Origin: Bigelowiella natans CCMP2755 | Lineage: Eukaryota; Protista; Cercozoa | NCBI GenBank assembly: GCA_000320545.1 | Contig: ADNK01000004.1 | Span: 37,844 to 101,843, forward strand | Reading direction: 5' to 3' | DNA length: 64,000 bases | In this document: positions 1 through 12,754 of the stretch, piece by piece | Position numbering within the stretch: position 1 is the stretch's first letter | Layout: each line of letters starts with the position of its first letter | Translations under genes and position numbers: made by a program | Notes under the pieces: model-generated | Seen by the model: the letters and a program-made list of their open reading frames with translations, nothing else | Database searches by the model: none | What the model was told of the DNA's origin: nothing

Positions 1-3000
1 GTGCCTGGATGGTGGTTGCATCGCTAATAATGCCGGCTGGGGTAGTCAAGGGAGCGAAGATGATCGAGGTTAACGCTGGACTTGGATTTACAACTGTAAA
101 GGACCAATCTGAAATGGTGATATCGACGCCATCAGTGGTCGTCGTTGCCGCTGTAAGCCCTACAAAGGCACCATCCGTAAAGATATCGAATTCTTCAGCT
201 TCCACGGAGACCTGCAATTGGGGAGAGCGGCTATTGACAAAGCCGAGAATGCTGCCACGAGCGCGTGTATCCCCAAATCCAGCACCGGGGAAGTATGAAA
301 TTGTGATGTTGTAGCTTTGCCCATGAGTGAGGCCTATGGATTCACTGGGGTCATCTGTGAATCGATCCGTAGCTTCATCCGCCAGCACTATGCCATCCTG
401 CAACGAGATGTGAAAACCGGCGTGCGAAAAGGTGGGATCTCCCTTCTGTGGGTCCTGGAGCGCGTCGAATTCAATAGCGGCAGCATTGAGGATACCCTCG
501 TAGCCTAATCCAGCAGCTGCTCCCCCTCGTGCGCTGCCTGAATTGGATTGAATCACCAACGCAAATCCAGGGACTCGGGTGCCTCTGCTATCACCCAGGC
601 TACCGATCGTGACCGTGAAAGACGTTGAAAATCCGTCACGTACAGTCAGACGCTCCGGGACACCATTCACTGCATACCAAACAGCAGAGGACGACAGCTC
701 AAATGAGGGATCGGCGCTTGCAATGCGGAGATCTCCGTTTGGTAAGACAGCCGTCATTCCTTGGCCGTTTTGTGTGTCAAACAGAGATGATCCCAGCGCA
801 CCGGTGAAGCCACCAGGGGGGAAGCTGAACGTTTCGTTGGACCCGGACACCGCGTCACAGATTGAGCCTCCTGGAAACTGCCAAGAGATCTGTGGCTCCC
901 AAGCACTAGACCGATGCACAAAGAACAGAGACATTGTGTATGCGATGTCCTCCACAAGATCGACGTTGTTCGACGCTGCTCCTGGTGGCGGGTTTATCCA
1001 TGTCAGCGAGCCGAGGTTAAGCGTCGTGGTGGAAGGCATCTCCTCAATCGTGGTGTCAGCCAGAACCAATCTCCCGTCGATAAATACCCACAGGTAGTCT
1101 GAGGACGAGAATTGAACGCTGGTGCCCGGACGATACACAAACTGTGTGATTATGTCATAAGTGAAGAAGCTATTGGTGGTTGTATTCGGGTCGAGCCCCG
1201 TGTCGAAACCTGCTGCATTGATGGGGAAGAAGGGCTGGAAGACCCCCTCATAGACGGATCCCGGCTCACCAGCATCCCCCGATATCAGTCCAAGCACAAT
1301 CGTCGTGGTTAATCGTGTGTTCACAGCCGGAACATCGTTGAACCAAGTGCCAAACTGAGCCTGCGATACGCTTCCTGACGGTGCATTGACGTCGAAAACG
1401 GGTCGCAAATTGTCGTCAAGCTGGCCCTCGAGGAAGTTCGGATCCGTCAGTGCTGCTTGGTTTGTGGGAATGCCCGTGTCCATCTGATCATCGACGCGGA
1501 AATCCCTTACGATGCCAGTGACAAATATGAAGTCCCGCTCTTGGACGATGATGGGTACGCAGAAGGTCACCTCTGGAGTCGGGTCACTCGGTGCTCCGAC
1601 ATATGATCCCACGGTAGAGATGGCAATTGCACACAGGTTCAGATTCGGCTGTCCTAGCTCTGGAGTAAAGGAGAACTGGAGCTCGCAGAATTGTGTCATT
1701 CCGTTACATGTGTGCGCGATTGATGCTGACCGCGTTTGCGCGAAGCTAAACGTGATGGCGGTCATGAATCCAGCGGGTGCATACGCCCAGATACCGAAGC
1801 TAATCGATTGCCCAATGAAAACTTCGCGAGGAGGTGGGTCGAAGATGTCTATAGTCGACACGGGGGGGGGGCCACCGATCGTGTCACGGACTTCTACGAA
1901 GTAGGGCGTGTTGCCTTGCTCGTTAACATCGAAGAAGATGTCGAGTGTGTTCGAGTTGCCCCATGAATCCTCGACGATAAAGGACATTGCATAAAGACCG
2001 TCACGATCTGGCGCCCACGTCATCACTCCCGTCTGCGTGAGCTGCGGTACCACAAGGCCACGCTGGTCAAATATGTTCCCGTTTACGTTGAGGCCTGATT
2101 CCTGGAAAGTACTGAATCGGAAAGATAGGTTCGGATCGAACGGACTGAGGCATAGGTTACGGAGTGTGATTTGCGACTGGATTTGCTGCCCACTGCGATA
2201 AGGCCAAGGAAAGATGGCGAAGCTAGAGCAGTGTGGGTTTTGCTTGATCCCATTATCGACGATATTGTTAATGTTCACTAGGGCTGTGATGGTCATCCTT
2301 TCCCCGCTTTCTGTATTCCGTACACCCGTGGTCTGTCGTGCGTCAGGGGAACTTCCGGCACGATATGTCGTAATCTCTGGATACGTGTGAAAGTGAACCC
2401 GTTCGAATTGCAACCAGTTTTGACGACCTGCGTTGATTCGTACGCCATCTTCATAAACTCGATCTTCCGTCGCAGCTTCAGAGGAGGGCGTAGATCCACG
2501 ATAATGCCAAGTAAAAGCGCTTGGGGCGCAGTTGTTGTTGTTACAGTTGCGTCGAAATTGGTTTCCGCCGTCGAAGTCATATTCAAAAAAGAACTCTGCA
2601 TTTCCGAACAGATTCCTCCAGCCTATGTGTATTTATGCTAAGTTCCATCGTTCATTTTGACTCTCGTCCATTTTTTCTTTTGATATCTCCTATCGCTACC
2701 AGGATGGTGGAATCTCTTTCATTAGTTACTCTAAGGACGGGTGTGCACGCATGCGTGTGTTTGCATATATAATTTTTTTTTATATGTGTTTGTGTTGTAA
2801 GCGTAGATTGATTGCTCATAGTTACAGTTTGTGGTTGTCCTGCAGATTTGGTTTTCTGCGTCTCTGTCCTGATCCTCCGTCCAATAATCAACGGAAGGGT
2901 TGCTGTTCGTGAAACCACGGTTCTCTGCTGTTTGTCTATCATCAAATAAGCACCATGTGCATCAATGTAAATGTAACGGACACTTAGACGATTCAAAGGC

Positions 3001-3370
3001 GTTAAAAGTATAAGATTAGCTCACGTAACTGCCAGCTGCGTCTCACAGCGGTGTAAAAAGTGAACTCGATCTCACGTGGGTTATTCACGTCTCTGCACCT
3101 CCAATCTGTCAAAGAAGGAACCAGGTGAAGGGGATATATGCACATATTCAAGTGTGCTGAGCTCAAGAGAATACATTCTTGTTTGTAATCCCCTCAAATC
3201 TTACATATCTCTTATGTTTACTCAAGAAGCAAGAAGAAAGCACCAAGCAAGAAGGAAGCAACGAGGAATCATTAATCTTACGCCATACTCAGAGTTCCAT
3301 ATCGATGGTGAGTGCATGAGGCAAAGCCGGCAAGCAGTATCAACGCACAAGTGTACGCTGATGACACCAT
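1..3370 (-). CDS. Secreted multi-domain protein: signal peptide, fibro-slime/PA14-like domain, legume (L-type) lectin domain; 3' end runs off the window
   Basis: ATG at 3370 gives MVSSAYTCALILLAGFASC|THHRYGTLNWRC. Three GT-AG introns in compatible phases lead to one ~2.6 kb open exon (2622 to <1), absent from the ORF track because it has no stop in the window. Fibro-slime motifs GIVRDF...FGTWFNDVPAVN...FFPI...NSFFTYDIITQFVY...LWVFIDGRLV; lectin motifs GFSTSF, GFALVIQ, GLGYEG, AIEFD, VGLTAAT, ISDWSF. Confidence 0.85.
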
Positions 3371-3439
3371 CGGATTTCCCAGGTTTGAAGGTTGAGAAGC
3401 AAAGCCTTCTTTATTTAAAAAAGGTCGATGAAGATGTAC

Positions 3440-3488
3440 AATTTCTATGATTTCAACTTCTATGGTTTCAATTTCTATGATTTCTAAC
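3440..3488 (+). repeat. Short tandem repeat (~15 bp unit, about 3 copies, TTTCAATTTCTATGA-like)
   Basis: aatttctatga tttcaacttctatgg tttcaatttctatga tttctaac, just upstream of the fibro-slime gene start. Confidence 0.6.
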
Positions 3489-4301
3489 TGGAAACCACCA
3501 CCTTATTATCTTCGATTGTCTCAATGAATGGAGTCAGCTTCTCAGAGCTGAGTAAGACCCCTCTGGAGGCCTGGAGGGAATTCTGGGTCGAGGCTAGAAT
3601 GGCTGCAGTCAGCGTTAAAAACGGAGACCTTGATTGTTTTTTCCCCGTTTGGCGCGTGCACGGCATGATCCACAAAGTTATGCATCCTGTTTTGCGCAGC
3701 AACTGTCTCGCTGATCGAAGTCAGATCGTCATAAAATCCACAAACGTCCTTGGATTCTGTCCAATGAAAGCATCTATGGGGCACAATGTCCTGCAACGGC
3801 ACTTGGTCGCAGCAGAATCTAATGTGAATTAAGTGACGGCAAAGTGTCTTGTATTGCCTGAGCATGCACGCCATCCGGAAAGGTAGCTCTGTGGCATCAA
3901 GTATCAATAGTAATGTACGCGGACATACGACGACATGATTTCCTCGCATCAAGATGTAATAATTTGCCTGCGTTCTTCCTATTTTCTAGGAATACGGGGA
4001 ATTTTCCTCGGTTCCGAAAGACTCGGCCCACACTTGGAACGAGGCGAGGCCATTTTTCAGGCGTCGTACTTCGCCGGTACACATTTGTAAGAAACTTCCA
4101 GCAATTGTCGGGCGTCAAACGTGGCCAAGATCGGTGGAGAATGGGGTATTTTTCAAGTCGTAACGGGAATTCGTATCCCGTTTCATTCACTGTTTTCTGA
4201 CGCCGAAGCTTTGACATTCATCGAAAAGAAAAGAGTCCGTGACTAGATCTACACAACTCAAGAGTCTTCAAGCCACGAACGAAAGACCTGTCCAATCAAA
4301 G

Positions 4302-6032
4302 ATGCTTCTTACGTATGCGGAGAAAATTGGAACTGTATTCAGAGGGTGGTTTCGGTGCCCTTTGGCAGAGGAAGCGGTGAATCTCCCAGCAACACCATTT
4401 TACATGTACTTGCAAGGATCAGGATACTTGAAGAAGAACGAAGAGGTTCTGGACGACAATGGATGCCTTCTAGATCAGTATTTGAATACGAAGAACATTC
4501 CACAAGTTGCCCTTGGGCTGCTTCTGTTCTTCACCTCGGCATTAGCTTTCATATTTTTGGCAATCTTTCGGATGTACAGAACGAAACATGTATCGAAGGA
4601 GCAAGATTCATTCAAAGGGGAGGTAGAGGTTGCGGTAGCTTTTGCAGAGGTGAAAGCACGAGAAGCTAGTAATGATGCAAAATCTAAAGCCACCATTGCG
4701 GAAGCAGAAACAAGAGCTAAAGAAGCAGAGGAAGCAAGAATAAGAGCAGAGAAGGAATTGGCCAAACTTAAGGCTAAGATGGAACAGCAAAAAATTGAGA
4801 GAGACCGCAAGGAGAAAGACAATGAAGTTGTCGTACAGATAGGAGATCAGGAAGGGAATGCTAAGCCCGGTACGACTTCAACTGAAGAAATTGATTTAAA
4901 AGGAGATGCAAAGAGTCAAAACCAAAAGCCTGGAGATACCGATCCTCACGAGAAACAAGATACAGGAAGTTTAGAGAAAACAATGGAGGGATCGTTCGGA
5001 GAGGAGGATGAGAAACTGGAACCTAATCATGATGAAAAAGAGACCCCTAAAGAGGCTCAGATTAAAGACAAGGGCTACCACCTGGAAGAACCTCAATGCT
5101 GGGAACAGGAACAAAGTACCACATCATTTGAAGTGGTAAGCCGTGGAGAGTACGAGGTCATCGTGACAACTAACAAATCAAAAGATGGAGCATCTAATGA
5201 GGAAGACAAGAATGGAAACTTGATCGACAACGAGGAGAAAGGTGCTAAATGTTGCATACCACAAGATGATAAGCCCAGCAAGGAAGACCCTCGATTTCAA
5301 GAAGAGAGTGAAGGCGCTGGGTTGGAAAAGACTGGAAGCCTCATGAAGGCATGCACAAGTGTAAAATCGATGGACGATAAGAAAGACTCTCCAAGCAAAG
5401 ACGACGAACAGAAACACATTCTTCATGAAGAAGGAGAATCTCCAAACCACGATGAGGAACCAGGACAAGAACAGCAGACTGACACTAAGAAACAATTTCC
5501 GACTGACACTAAGAAGCAATCTCCAACCCATGCTGGGGAACAAGGACTGAAAAATACTAAAGCAGAGAAGCCTGGCACACAGGTGGGGGAGAAGCTTCAC
5601 ATGAAGGAGCTTCGTATTTGCAAAGGACTGAAACTGATCAGTCGTAGAATGGGAAAGGAATCCGATAGTTGCGGAGAGCTTAACCGTACCAATTGCGGCG
5701 GCGAAAAATTCGAAATCAAGGAAGGAAATCTCAAGATCAAATCTGACGAGCTGAAGCAGGGAACGCATAAAAAGACAGAAATAATGATAATGGATGAAAA
5801 GCGAGGGCGAATTCAAAATGAAAAAGAAGCTCTGGAAAATCTTGAAGCCAAACATAGGGATGGCTCGGCACGGCAAGGCATACCCAGCTCTCCACAGCAC
5901 AAGAACCCATTTGCAGTTTCTATGATACTCATCAAAGATATGGGAATTCAGAAGCCAGATGAAGAGATTTCGCGTGTTTTGTCCTCTGTTGATGGTGACG
6001 TCAGCAAGGCTGTTGCAGTTCTTCTTCCTTAA
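4302..6032 (+). CDS. Intronless single-TM protein with coiled coil, charged low-complexity region and C-terminal UBA-like domain
   Basis: 597-codon ORF (first ATG 4302). TM segment VALGLLLFFTSALAFIFLAIF; heptad-like EAETRAKEAEEARIRAEKELAKLK; C-terminus IKDMGIQKPDEEISRVLSSVDGDVSKAVAVLL fits the UBA pattern (MG...L...GDV..AV..LL). Confidence 0.75.
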   Translation: MLLTYAEKIGTVFRGWFRCPLAEEAVNLPATPFYMYLQGSGYLKKNEEVLDDNGCLLDQYLNTKNIPQVALGLLLFFTSALAFIFLAIFRMYRTKHVSKEQDSFKGEVEVAVAFAEVKAREASNDAKSKATIAEAETRAKEAEEARIRAEKELAKLKAKMEQQKIERDRKEKDNEVVVQIGDQEGNAKPGTTSTEEIDLKGDAKSQNQKPGDTDPHEKQDTGSLEKTMEGSFGEEDEKLEPNHDEKETPKEAQIKDKGYHLEEPQCWEQEQSTTSFEVVSRGEYEVIVTTNKSKDGASNEEDKNGNLIDNEEKGAKCCIPQDDKPSKEDPRFQEESEGAGLEKTGSLMKACTSVKSMDDKKDSPSKDDEQKHILHEEGESPNHDEEPGQEQQTDTKKQFPTDTKKQSPTHAGEQGLKNTKAEKPGTQVGEKLHMKELRICKGLKLISRRMGKESDSCGELNRTNCGGEKFEIKEGNLKIKSDELKQGTHKKTEIMIMDEKRGRIQNEKEALENLEAKHRDGSARQGIPSSPQHKNPFAVSMILIKDMGIQKPDEEISRVLSSVDGDVSKAVAVLLP

Positions 6033-7015
6033 TGCACATTAACACTACTCTTCACAGGAGTCTCGTTCGAAACCACAATGTGATGCATGAATTTGTTGAA
6101 GATGTCATGCATTAGGACACTACCTGTATGTCAAGCCATGTTGATCTTCAAAATCAGCACTCTACGAAGCTATACTACGCCTACAAAACCTAGCTAGATG
6201 ATCCATGCTTCCTTCTTGGCAGACATGACTTCGCGCAATGAAGATGAAGATAATGGACGAGGTCAACATGTGCTGTGCATTGTGTACGTGTGTCTACAGT
6301 GTCAACACTCACACGCACACGCAGCAGCATGGCAGATGTATGCCAGCAGTCAGCATCCGCTAGAGCTCGACTTGTTGGGGTTAGTTATATGTGCGGTCGA
6401 CACGATCCTATGTACATATCTGGGCAGATCGCTGCATCACACATCCTACCGCAAGTGGTACATCTTTATTCTACATACATCTACGACATTTATAGGTCAT
6501 TGCAACGCAGCTCAAAGTGACGCATGGCTCGTCAATGCGCTTGCTAGCTTGATGAGTTGCCCGTACAACAAACGATCCTGGTTACATCGTCTAGACGCAT
6601 ATGCAGCAAATATTCTTTAATTCATACACTATACATGTTAGTAATCGCACGCTGGGTCATGGCTATACAGCACCAGCAGCTACTTTCTATCATCATTATT
6701 CGTAGGCCGTTTCCTTCATGGATTCTTCGAGTTCTACAGTTAATTTGACTGATCGCTAAATCATCAGCGCTCCACCTTGCCTATGTGAGATAGATGCTTA
6801 AGTAAATGGTCCCTCGAAATCGTATTCCTCTGATCTAGAAACTGCCTCTCGGTCGATATTTTTTTACCTTGTACTGAATTTTTTCCCTGTAGTTTATTAT
6901 GGCGTGCACGCCAGGCTATCATGTTTAACGTCTCATAGCATTTTGGGCATTTTATCCTGATTACAACATCAAACTCACATCACAGAATGAGCTTCGTGAA
7001 CTAAATTACCTTCTC

Positions 7016-7500
7016 TCAGTAGCCCCGCATCGTAGCGTTGCTGTACATTTTGGGCACTTGAAGTATGTTGTGTATTTGATACGTATCTGCGATTTGCAGG
7101 TACATTTCGGGCACATAATGACGGAAGCATTCTTGGGCAGTTGCATTAGTTGGCGGCAACTTGGACACATGGTTGTAAGCTACACGAAACCAATCCACAA
7201 CAGTCTCACAAAAGATAACAACGTAAATTAAGGAAATTACCATTTCACCAACAGGTTGCGTAATCGCAACGGGTCTAAGGCGATCTACATCAGCTATGCC
7301 TTCCGACGTCTTCAAATCGTCACCTGCTTCATTGGGTGAACTGAGGTTTTCATGACTCTGGTTGAAAAGGTGTATACCTCTGGCATCCGGATTCATCAGA
7401 TTAATTAACACAAGCGTGCGTGCCTGTAAGGGACTGACCACACCCTACGTGGTCCTTTTCTTCGGCCGTTGGGGAGGTGTCAAGGATCTCGAACATGTAC
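7016..7500 (-). CDS. Possible small hypothetical gene (weak)
   Basis: 141-codon ORF and plausible minus-strand donors (GAAATG|GTAATT, GAGAAG|GTAATT); no recognisable domain. Confidence 0.3.
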
Positions 7501-8375
7501 GAGTACAATTCATAATCAATCGAACGAAAAAATAACGAAAAATCCCCGATCTATTGTCAACCAAATTCAGCCGACAAATAGCCGACAGAAGAAGGAAATA
7601 CTCGTACGGAATTATTAATAATAAAATTAATTTTGACACCCTTGTTATTTCTCCGAAGAACAACTTCATAAATGAATTGCATTGAATACATGTAGAGAAT
7701 TTCTCTTTTGATACATGTTTTCCCAAAAAATTCCCTACGTGTGCTGATACATGTACGACGTAGAGCGGCCCGCCTCTTGCCCCGCTGTTTTTGGAGCAAG
7801 TGCACAACAGAGTTTGTCTGAACTGCTGACAAGCGCGCTTACTCTCCGGTTTTTATGTCGAAGTCATTTTTCGCTAACAATTTCATTACGTTTTAGCATA
7901 TTCCTATCAAATTCTTCGAGTTGCACTTTACAAGCACTTCCCCCGAAAAGCAAGAGTATTGGAAACTTTATCCATAAAGTAATAAATTAAAGAAAACAAA
8001 TATGTCGTATGTTTTAAATGATATGCACTTCAACAATATTTGCGTCTTTTAATGGTGCATAGTAGTCTGGGAACCGTATTTGGGCTAACTTCTCAACGGC
8101 CCTGCAAAGCCTCCTCCCTGCTCACCACCATTCTCTCCTCCGAAGTTCCCTTCCACCTTCTGTTTATGATTAGCGCCTTTACCGCTATCTACGATTCTCC
8201 TCGAACCCCAAAGGACGACGGATAGGAGGGCATTAGCTCATCTCTTCATTGCATTAATTGTTCAATAACATTGGATCCGTATTGGCAGTGAATTCTGAGA
8301 CTGCAGAGATCCATATCTACTGAGAGTAATTATAGTCTTCAAAAATTACGCAACTTTACTAAAGCATTTATACCA

Positions 8376-8753
8376 ATGGGAGGCCAAGCTTTGAGGAAGA
8401 GCGATAAGTTCCCCGCGCCACCTGGCAAAGTGTACATTCTGCGTTCCAACTATAAGGTTCATGTTATGTTCACCAAAATCTACAGGAATTCTTCTTCTAA
8501 CGTGTTGTCCTTGTAGGGTCCTGATGGAACTGCCTTAAAGAGAGGGACATTAGTCACTGAATTTCCGGGACATTCCTTTGGGATGGTACCGTTTAACCAC
8601 ATTGCAATCAGTAAGCTCAAGTACGACATCGAGAAGGACAAATGGGTGACCAGCAAATCTTTTGAAGCAATTCATCATGGCAAGCTTCAACCCATATCAA
8701 AGGAGAATATCCCTCCAAAGAGTGTGAGAATTTTCAAGCGCAATGGTACCTGA
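8376..8753 (+). CDS. Small (105 aa) hypothetical protein, 2 exons, possible N-myristoylation
   Basis: Exons 8376-8456 and 8517-8753 joined by a 60-nt phase-0 GT-AG intron give MGGQALRKSDKFPAPPGKVYILRSNYKGPDGTALKRGTLVTEFPGHSFGMV...RNGT*. Confidence 0.65.
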
Positions 8754-9714
8754 AGTTCCCCCTGCGGTAGTTAATTGGAATTTGGCATTGAAGTTAAATA
8801 GTTGCAAACCTTCGTGTTAGCTGAAGTGTCAAGATATGTGGAGTCCTTAGTACCGCATGTATTTCAACGTTTCGAGAAATGATTGTATACAAGCATGTTG
8901 TCTCACGCGAAAAATTTACTTATATCCTTTCATTTGACACAGCGATCGTGCCTGCTATGATCCATGCACGACTTGCATGTATCCTTTACATGTACACAAA
9001 CATCATCATTCCTGGACTATTTGATGCTACTTATGAATGCAAATGCAGGCCTTATATTGTACGTATGAGCATGCAGCATGATTCTAATTGAATGCATGGC
9101 TACTTATAAACGCTGTGACTACAATGCTGACATCATCAAGCGCTAGCTAGCTAGCCGCCAAGCTACGCTAGTAGTACGTGAGATACGGGGGCGATGTCGA
9201 TTTACGCATGTGCATGCTGTGCGACACATCAAGCGACGCTGCATGCTACTAGCTATGTCTCGATATCAACAAATGTAAACACGTGGCGCGCTCATATATA
9301 GCAAGCTAGCAAGCTATATCTAGATATAGCTGCTAGTTTAGCTAGGCCTAGCCTAGGCCTGTCTAGATGCATGCGTATGTGCGTAGCTGCTACTCGCATT
9401 CAGCTCATCTAGTACTAGCTAGCTAGCTAGTTGTATGCACTAGCTAGTGTACGATACACCCACAAATCAAAATAGCCTATGTAGCATGCTTTAGATAAGC
9501 CGAATGTATGATGCGTACGCTACACATTGGCTGCACCGTCTAGTAGAGCCGTACGTATATGCGTTGCATCCATTTCTAGATTTCTCGGCCCGTTTCTTTT
9601 TTATTACGCAACATGGTTCGAAACCTTAAGTTTCAAGGAAAATTGGTGGACAACCCTTCCCTAGTTCCCAGCAGAAATCAATGATTGACTCAAACCTACG
9701 GTCTTGGTCACTTT

Positions 9715-10800
9715 TTAACGACGTGACTTGCTGCGTGCCGAAGACTGAAGGAAAACGATGTTTTAGACATAAACCTAGGGTTCATGAGAGAAACAGACCT
9801 TCGCCGCGGACTTTGCTCGAGGTGCTACTGGTTTGGATTGTTGGGAGCGAGCTTTGGACGAGGCTCTCTTTGGTGGAGGTTTTACTTCCTCCTCTTCCTC
9901 CTCATCATCTTCTTCCTGGCAATCACAACAAAAGTGAACATGCGAATTGGGGACGTCAAAGGTAGCATGTTCTAAGTAGTTTATTTTGACAGCTTTCTTT
10001 TTTCCTGCCTAAACCTCTTCGTCATCGTCCTCGCCCTCAGCCTCCTGTGACAATATGTATCTTTGAGTTGATTCATGGTTAACTGATAGTTACGCAAACA
10101 TGATCACCATTGAATATCCTGTGTCAACGGTGTTCATGCTCGTACCTCATCATCGCCCTCGTCGTCGTCATCATCGTCGTCATCGTCTTCATCTTCCTCT
10201 CCTCCACCTGCCTTTCCCTAAATGATATATGTTTTAAATGAAATTGAGGCTCAGATTATGTAGTTTTTAATCAAAACTAATTGTCAGACTTTCGATTTTC
10301 CTTCTTCAGCTTCTTCATCGTCATCTTCGTCGTCGTCATCGTCTTCCTCATCTCCCTCATCAGCATCCTCGTCCTGAAAGAAGGAATTGCTTTGCTTTAA
10401 AGAACAGTGACAAAATCAGAAGCAGGTGAACAACCTCTTCATCATCTTCTTCGTCATCATCCTCCTCTGATGCCTTCTTCTTCTTCTTGCTTGAACCAAT
10501 ATCCTTGGGTGCCTCCCGCTTGCTCCCCGCCTTTTTGCTGGTTGTTACCTGTAGAAATTGGAAGAAACTGAGGCCTAGGCCACTCAATTGTTTTTTATTC
10601 TATTTTATCACCTCTTCCATATCTCCGTCTTCATCTTTAACATTTTTTATTTCTTCGACGATGAGCTTGTGCAGCCTGACATGGATATCTGTGATGCGCT
10701 TCAGCCCTGAGTGTCCAAACAATAGTTTTCAGTTTCGACATGTACTCTCTCGTATAACAAAATTAATACCTTTAAAAATATCCTGACGGGCAACTGCCAT
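9715..10800 (-). CDS. Highly acidic (D/E-tract) low-complexity protein with basic NLS-like patches, 8 exons
   Basis: MAVARQDIFKGLKRITDIHVRLHKLIVEEIKNVKDEDGDMEE, then SSKKKKKA, poly-D/E exons and a basic tail ending SSARSKSRR*; all 7 introns GT-AG in compatible phases. Confidence 0.8.
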
Positions 10801-10892
10801 CTCTTTGGACAGCCTCACAAGGTTCTGGCATCACAAGAAACCACGCACTCACTTAACTGCAACGAACGTACACTTTTTCCAACAGATGATTT

Positions 10893-12000
10893 ATGACGGA
10901 TACGACAATAGGAGCTTCTCCCCTTCTCCTTCACAGTAAAATTACGATGATAAAGGATAATGTATTCAATACGGTCATAACCTTGAACGCTTGTGGAGTA
11001 TTCTTCGGGATCTTGATTACTTTGGCGTTTTGCTCTTTCCGCAGAATCCCTGGATTCTGTGGCCCAGAGACACTCGCCGCCAAGAAGGTAAGAAGAGCAG
11101 CAGTAGTAATTGCGACAAGCAGTGAGGATTGCAACCTTGATCTGGTTTGGAACTGATCACACTCTGCAACAGTGGCGTGCCGCAGCGGCTGGGTCGCGCA
11201 AACCCTGCCCGTCATTTTCAGAAATTGCTTAAGCCTCGTTGCAATTCCATATTCTTCAGAACAGAGGGGAATTACACAAGGCGTCAGGGCATCAGCACAG
11301 CATCATCAATATTTTCAAAGAGCGACTTTTTCTCTCGGAAATATCGGATCATCGCGGAATAGAAATTCGATAACTCACGCTCTGGGACGAACGGCAACGT
11401 GCCCCACCCACAGCGATGGACGTCCTTCCAGTAGAAACCGTTGTCCGAGTGCTTGTTGAATTTCAAAGTGCATCTTCTGGTCAAACTCACTGAGGCTCTG
11501 TCCTAGTGGAGCAAGTGCTCCTTTGGAGGCTGTCTTCGTCGTCGGTGGCAGCAGGAGGATTCCTTTATGTGGAGGACAGGGCTTCTAGTTCACAATTTGG
11601 CCAGATGTCTGAGCTCATATCTGGTTAATCTGCAGTCGATAGTCTGTAGGCTTTTCTAAAGATAACACGATCTGTTGGCAGCGGCAACAAGTTGTGTGTC
11701 CGACAACCATTGTGAGCGGCCTTCTGATTGTTCTGGTCAGCCTCACGGTAATCATTATTTGGTGTCCAATGGAAACTCTATGTGATAGCTAACAGAAGAA
11801 GATTTGGCAACAAAATCTTCAAATATAGCAGAGGAAAGTGTTCAATTACTGTGATGGCTAGCAGGAGAAGGTATTGGCAACAAACTTCTTCAAATATAAC
11901 GGAGGGAAGTACTCAATCGTTGATGGTTGAGTACAAAAGCGCAGCCTGAAGGCTACCACAAGAAACAACAAGGCATTTCTTGTATCTGCAGTACCATTCA
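10893..12000 (+). other. Probable spliced plus-strand transcript of unclear coding potential
   Basis: Exon-like segment 11045-11087 with a strong acceptor (CTCTTTCCGCAG) and donor (AAG|GTAAGA); only short ORFs. Confidence 0.3.
11782..11920 (+). repeat. Diverged ~70 bp tandem duplication (2 copies)
   Basis: gtgatagctaacagaagaagatttggcaacaaaatcttcaaatatagcagaggaaagtgttcaat versus gtgatggctagcaggagaaggtattggcaacaaacttcttcaaatataacggagggaagtactcaat. Confidence 0.75.
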
Positions 12001-12547
12001 CCTAGAAATTTCAATTCAAAGAAATATGTATGTCTGTTGGCTCTGACTTAGTTTTGACTATTTTGAATGTAGTCACAATTAGTCAGTGATCGTACAGCAC
12101 TAGCTTGCTAAAGCAAATAAGCATGCATAAATGAAGTGCACACTTGACAAGGCTTTGATCATGTGGAGTTAAATTGTGCCCATCATGACTGCTTGCATAT
12201 TTTACGCTCTAGACAGAGCTGACAGAGCTCTACCGCTGCACATACGTAGCGCCTATGCTACACACGTACATATGTATCGTACGCGGCGTGAAGCAGGCCG
12301 GAGCACGAACATACTAGCGTAGCTGCATCGCAAAGTCATGGCAATGACTCGCAATGGACACTAGCATCAGCTACTCATGTATAATACAGCTATAGCAGAC
12401 ACCTTGCACCTATCTAGCTATGTGCACTAGATAATAAAGAATGTGCCTTAAGCGATTATGTGTTCTGCGGACACGATGTCGACATGTTTGCGACACGATG
12501 CAATGCGTAATTGCGCGCTTGTACTCTAGTACATGCAAAATCGATGT

Positions 12548-12552
<5 letters not shown>

Positions 12553-12593
<41 letters not shown>
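12553..12593 (+). repeat. (GA)n microsatellite
   Basis: About 20 perfect GA units. Confidence 0.95.
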
Positions 12594-12596
<3 letters not shown>

Positions 12597-12754
12597 GCAT
12601 GTGATTCATAAAAGGACTGACTTCGGTGTCATTGCAAGGCTATGACGAGATCTTGTAAGTTTGCACTAGAAGGATTGAAGAATGATTAAATTGCTAAGTT
12701 GCCCTTAGAGAACATGGAAATTAGTCAATCAACGATGGTGCCATCGTTAACCTA

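Noticed and set aside
1270-1295. Suspected frameshift in the fibro-slime exon
   Set aside because: Recounting the C5 run shows the frame is continuous (GLISGDAGEPG).
9-1966. Plus-strand ORFs at 9-1966
   Set aside because: Antisense shadows of the long minus-strand fibro-slime/lectin exon.
3484-4217. Overlapping short ORFs in the first divergent spacer
   Set aside because: No motifs, conflicting strands; consistent with promoter or UTR sequence.
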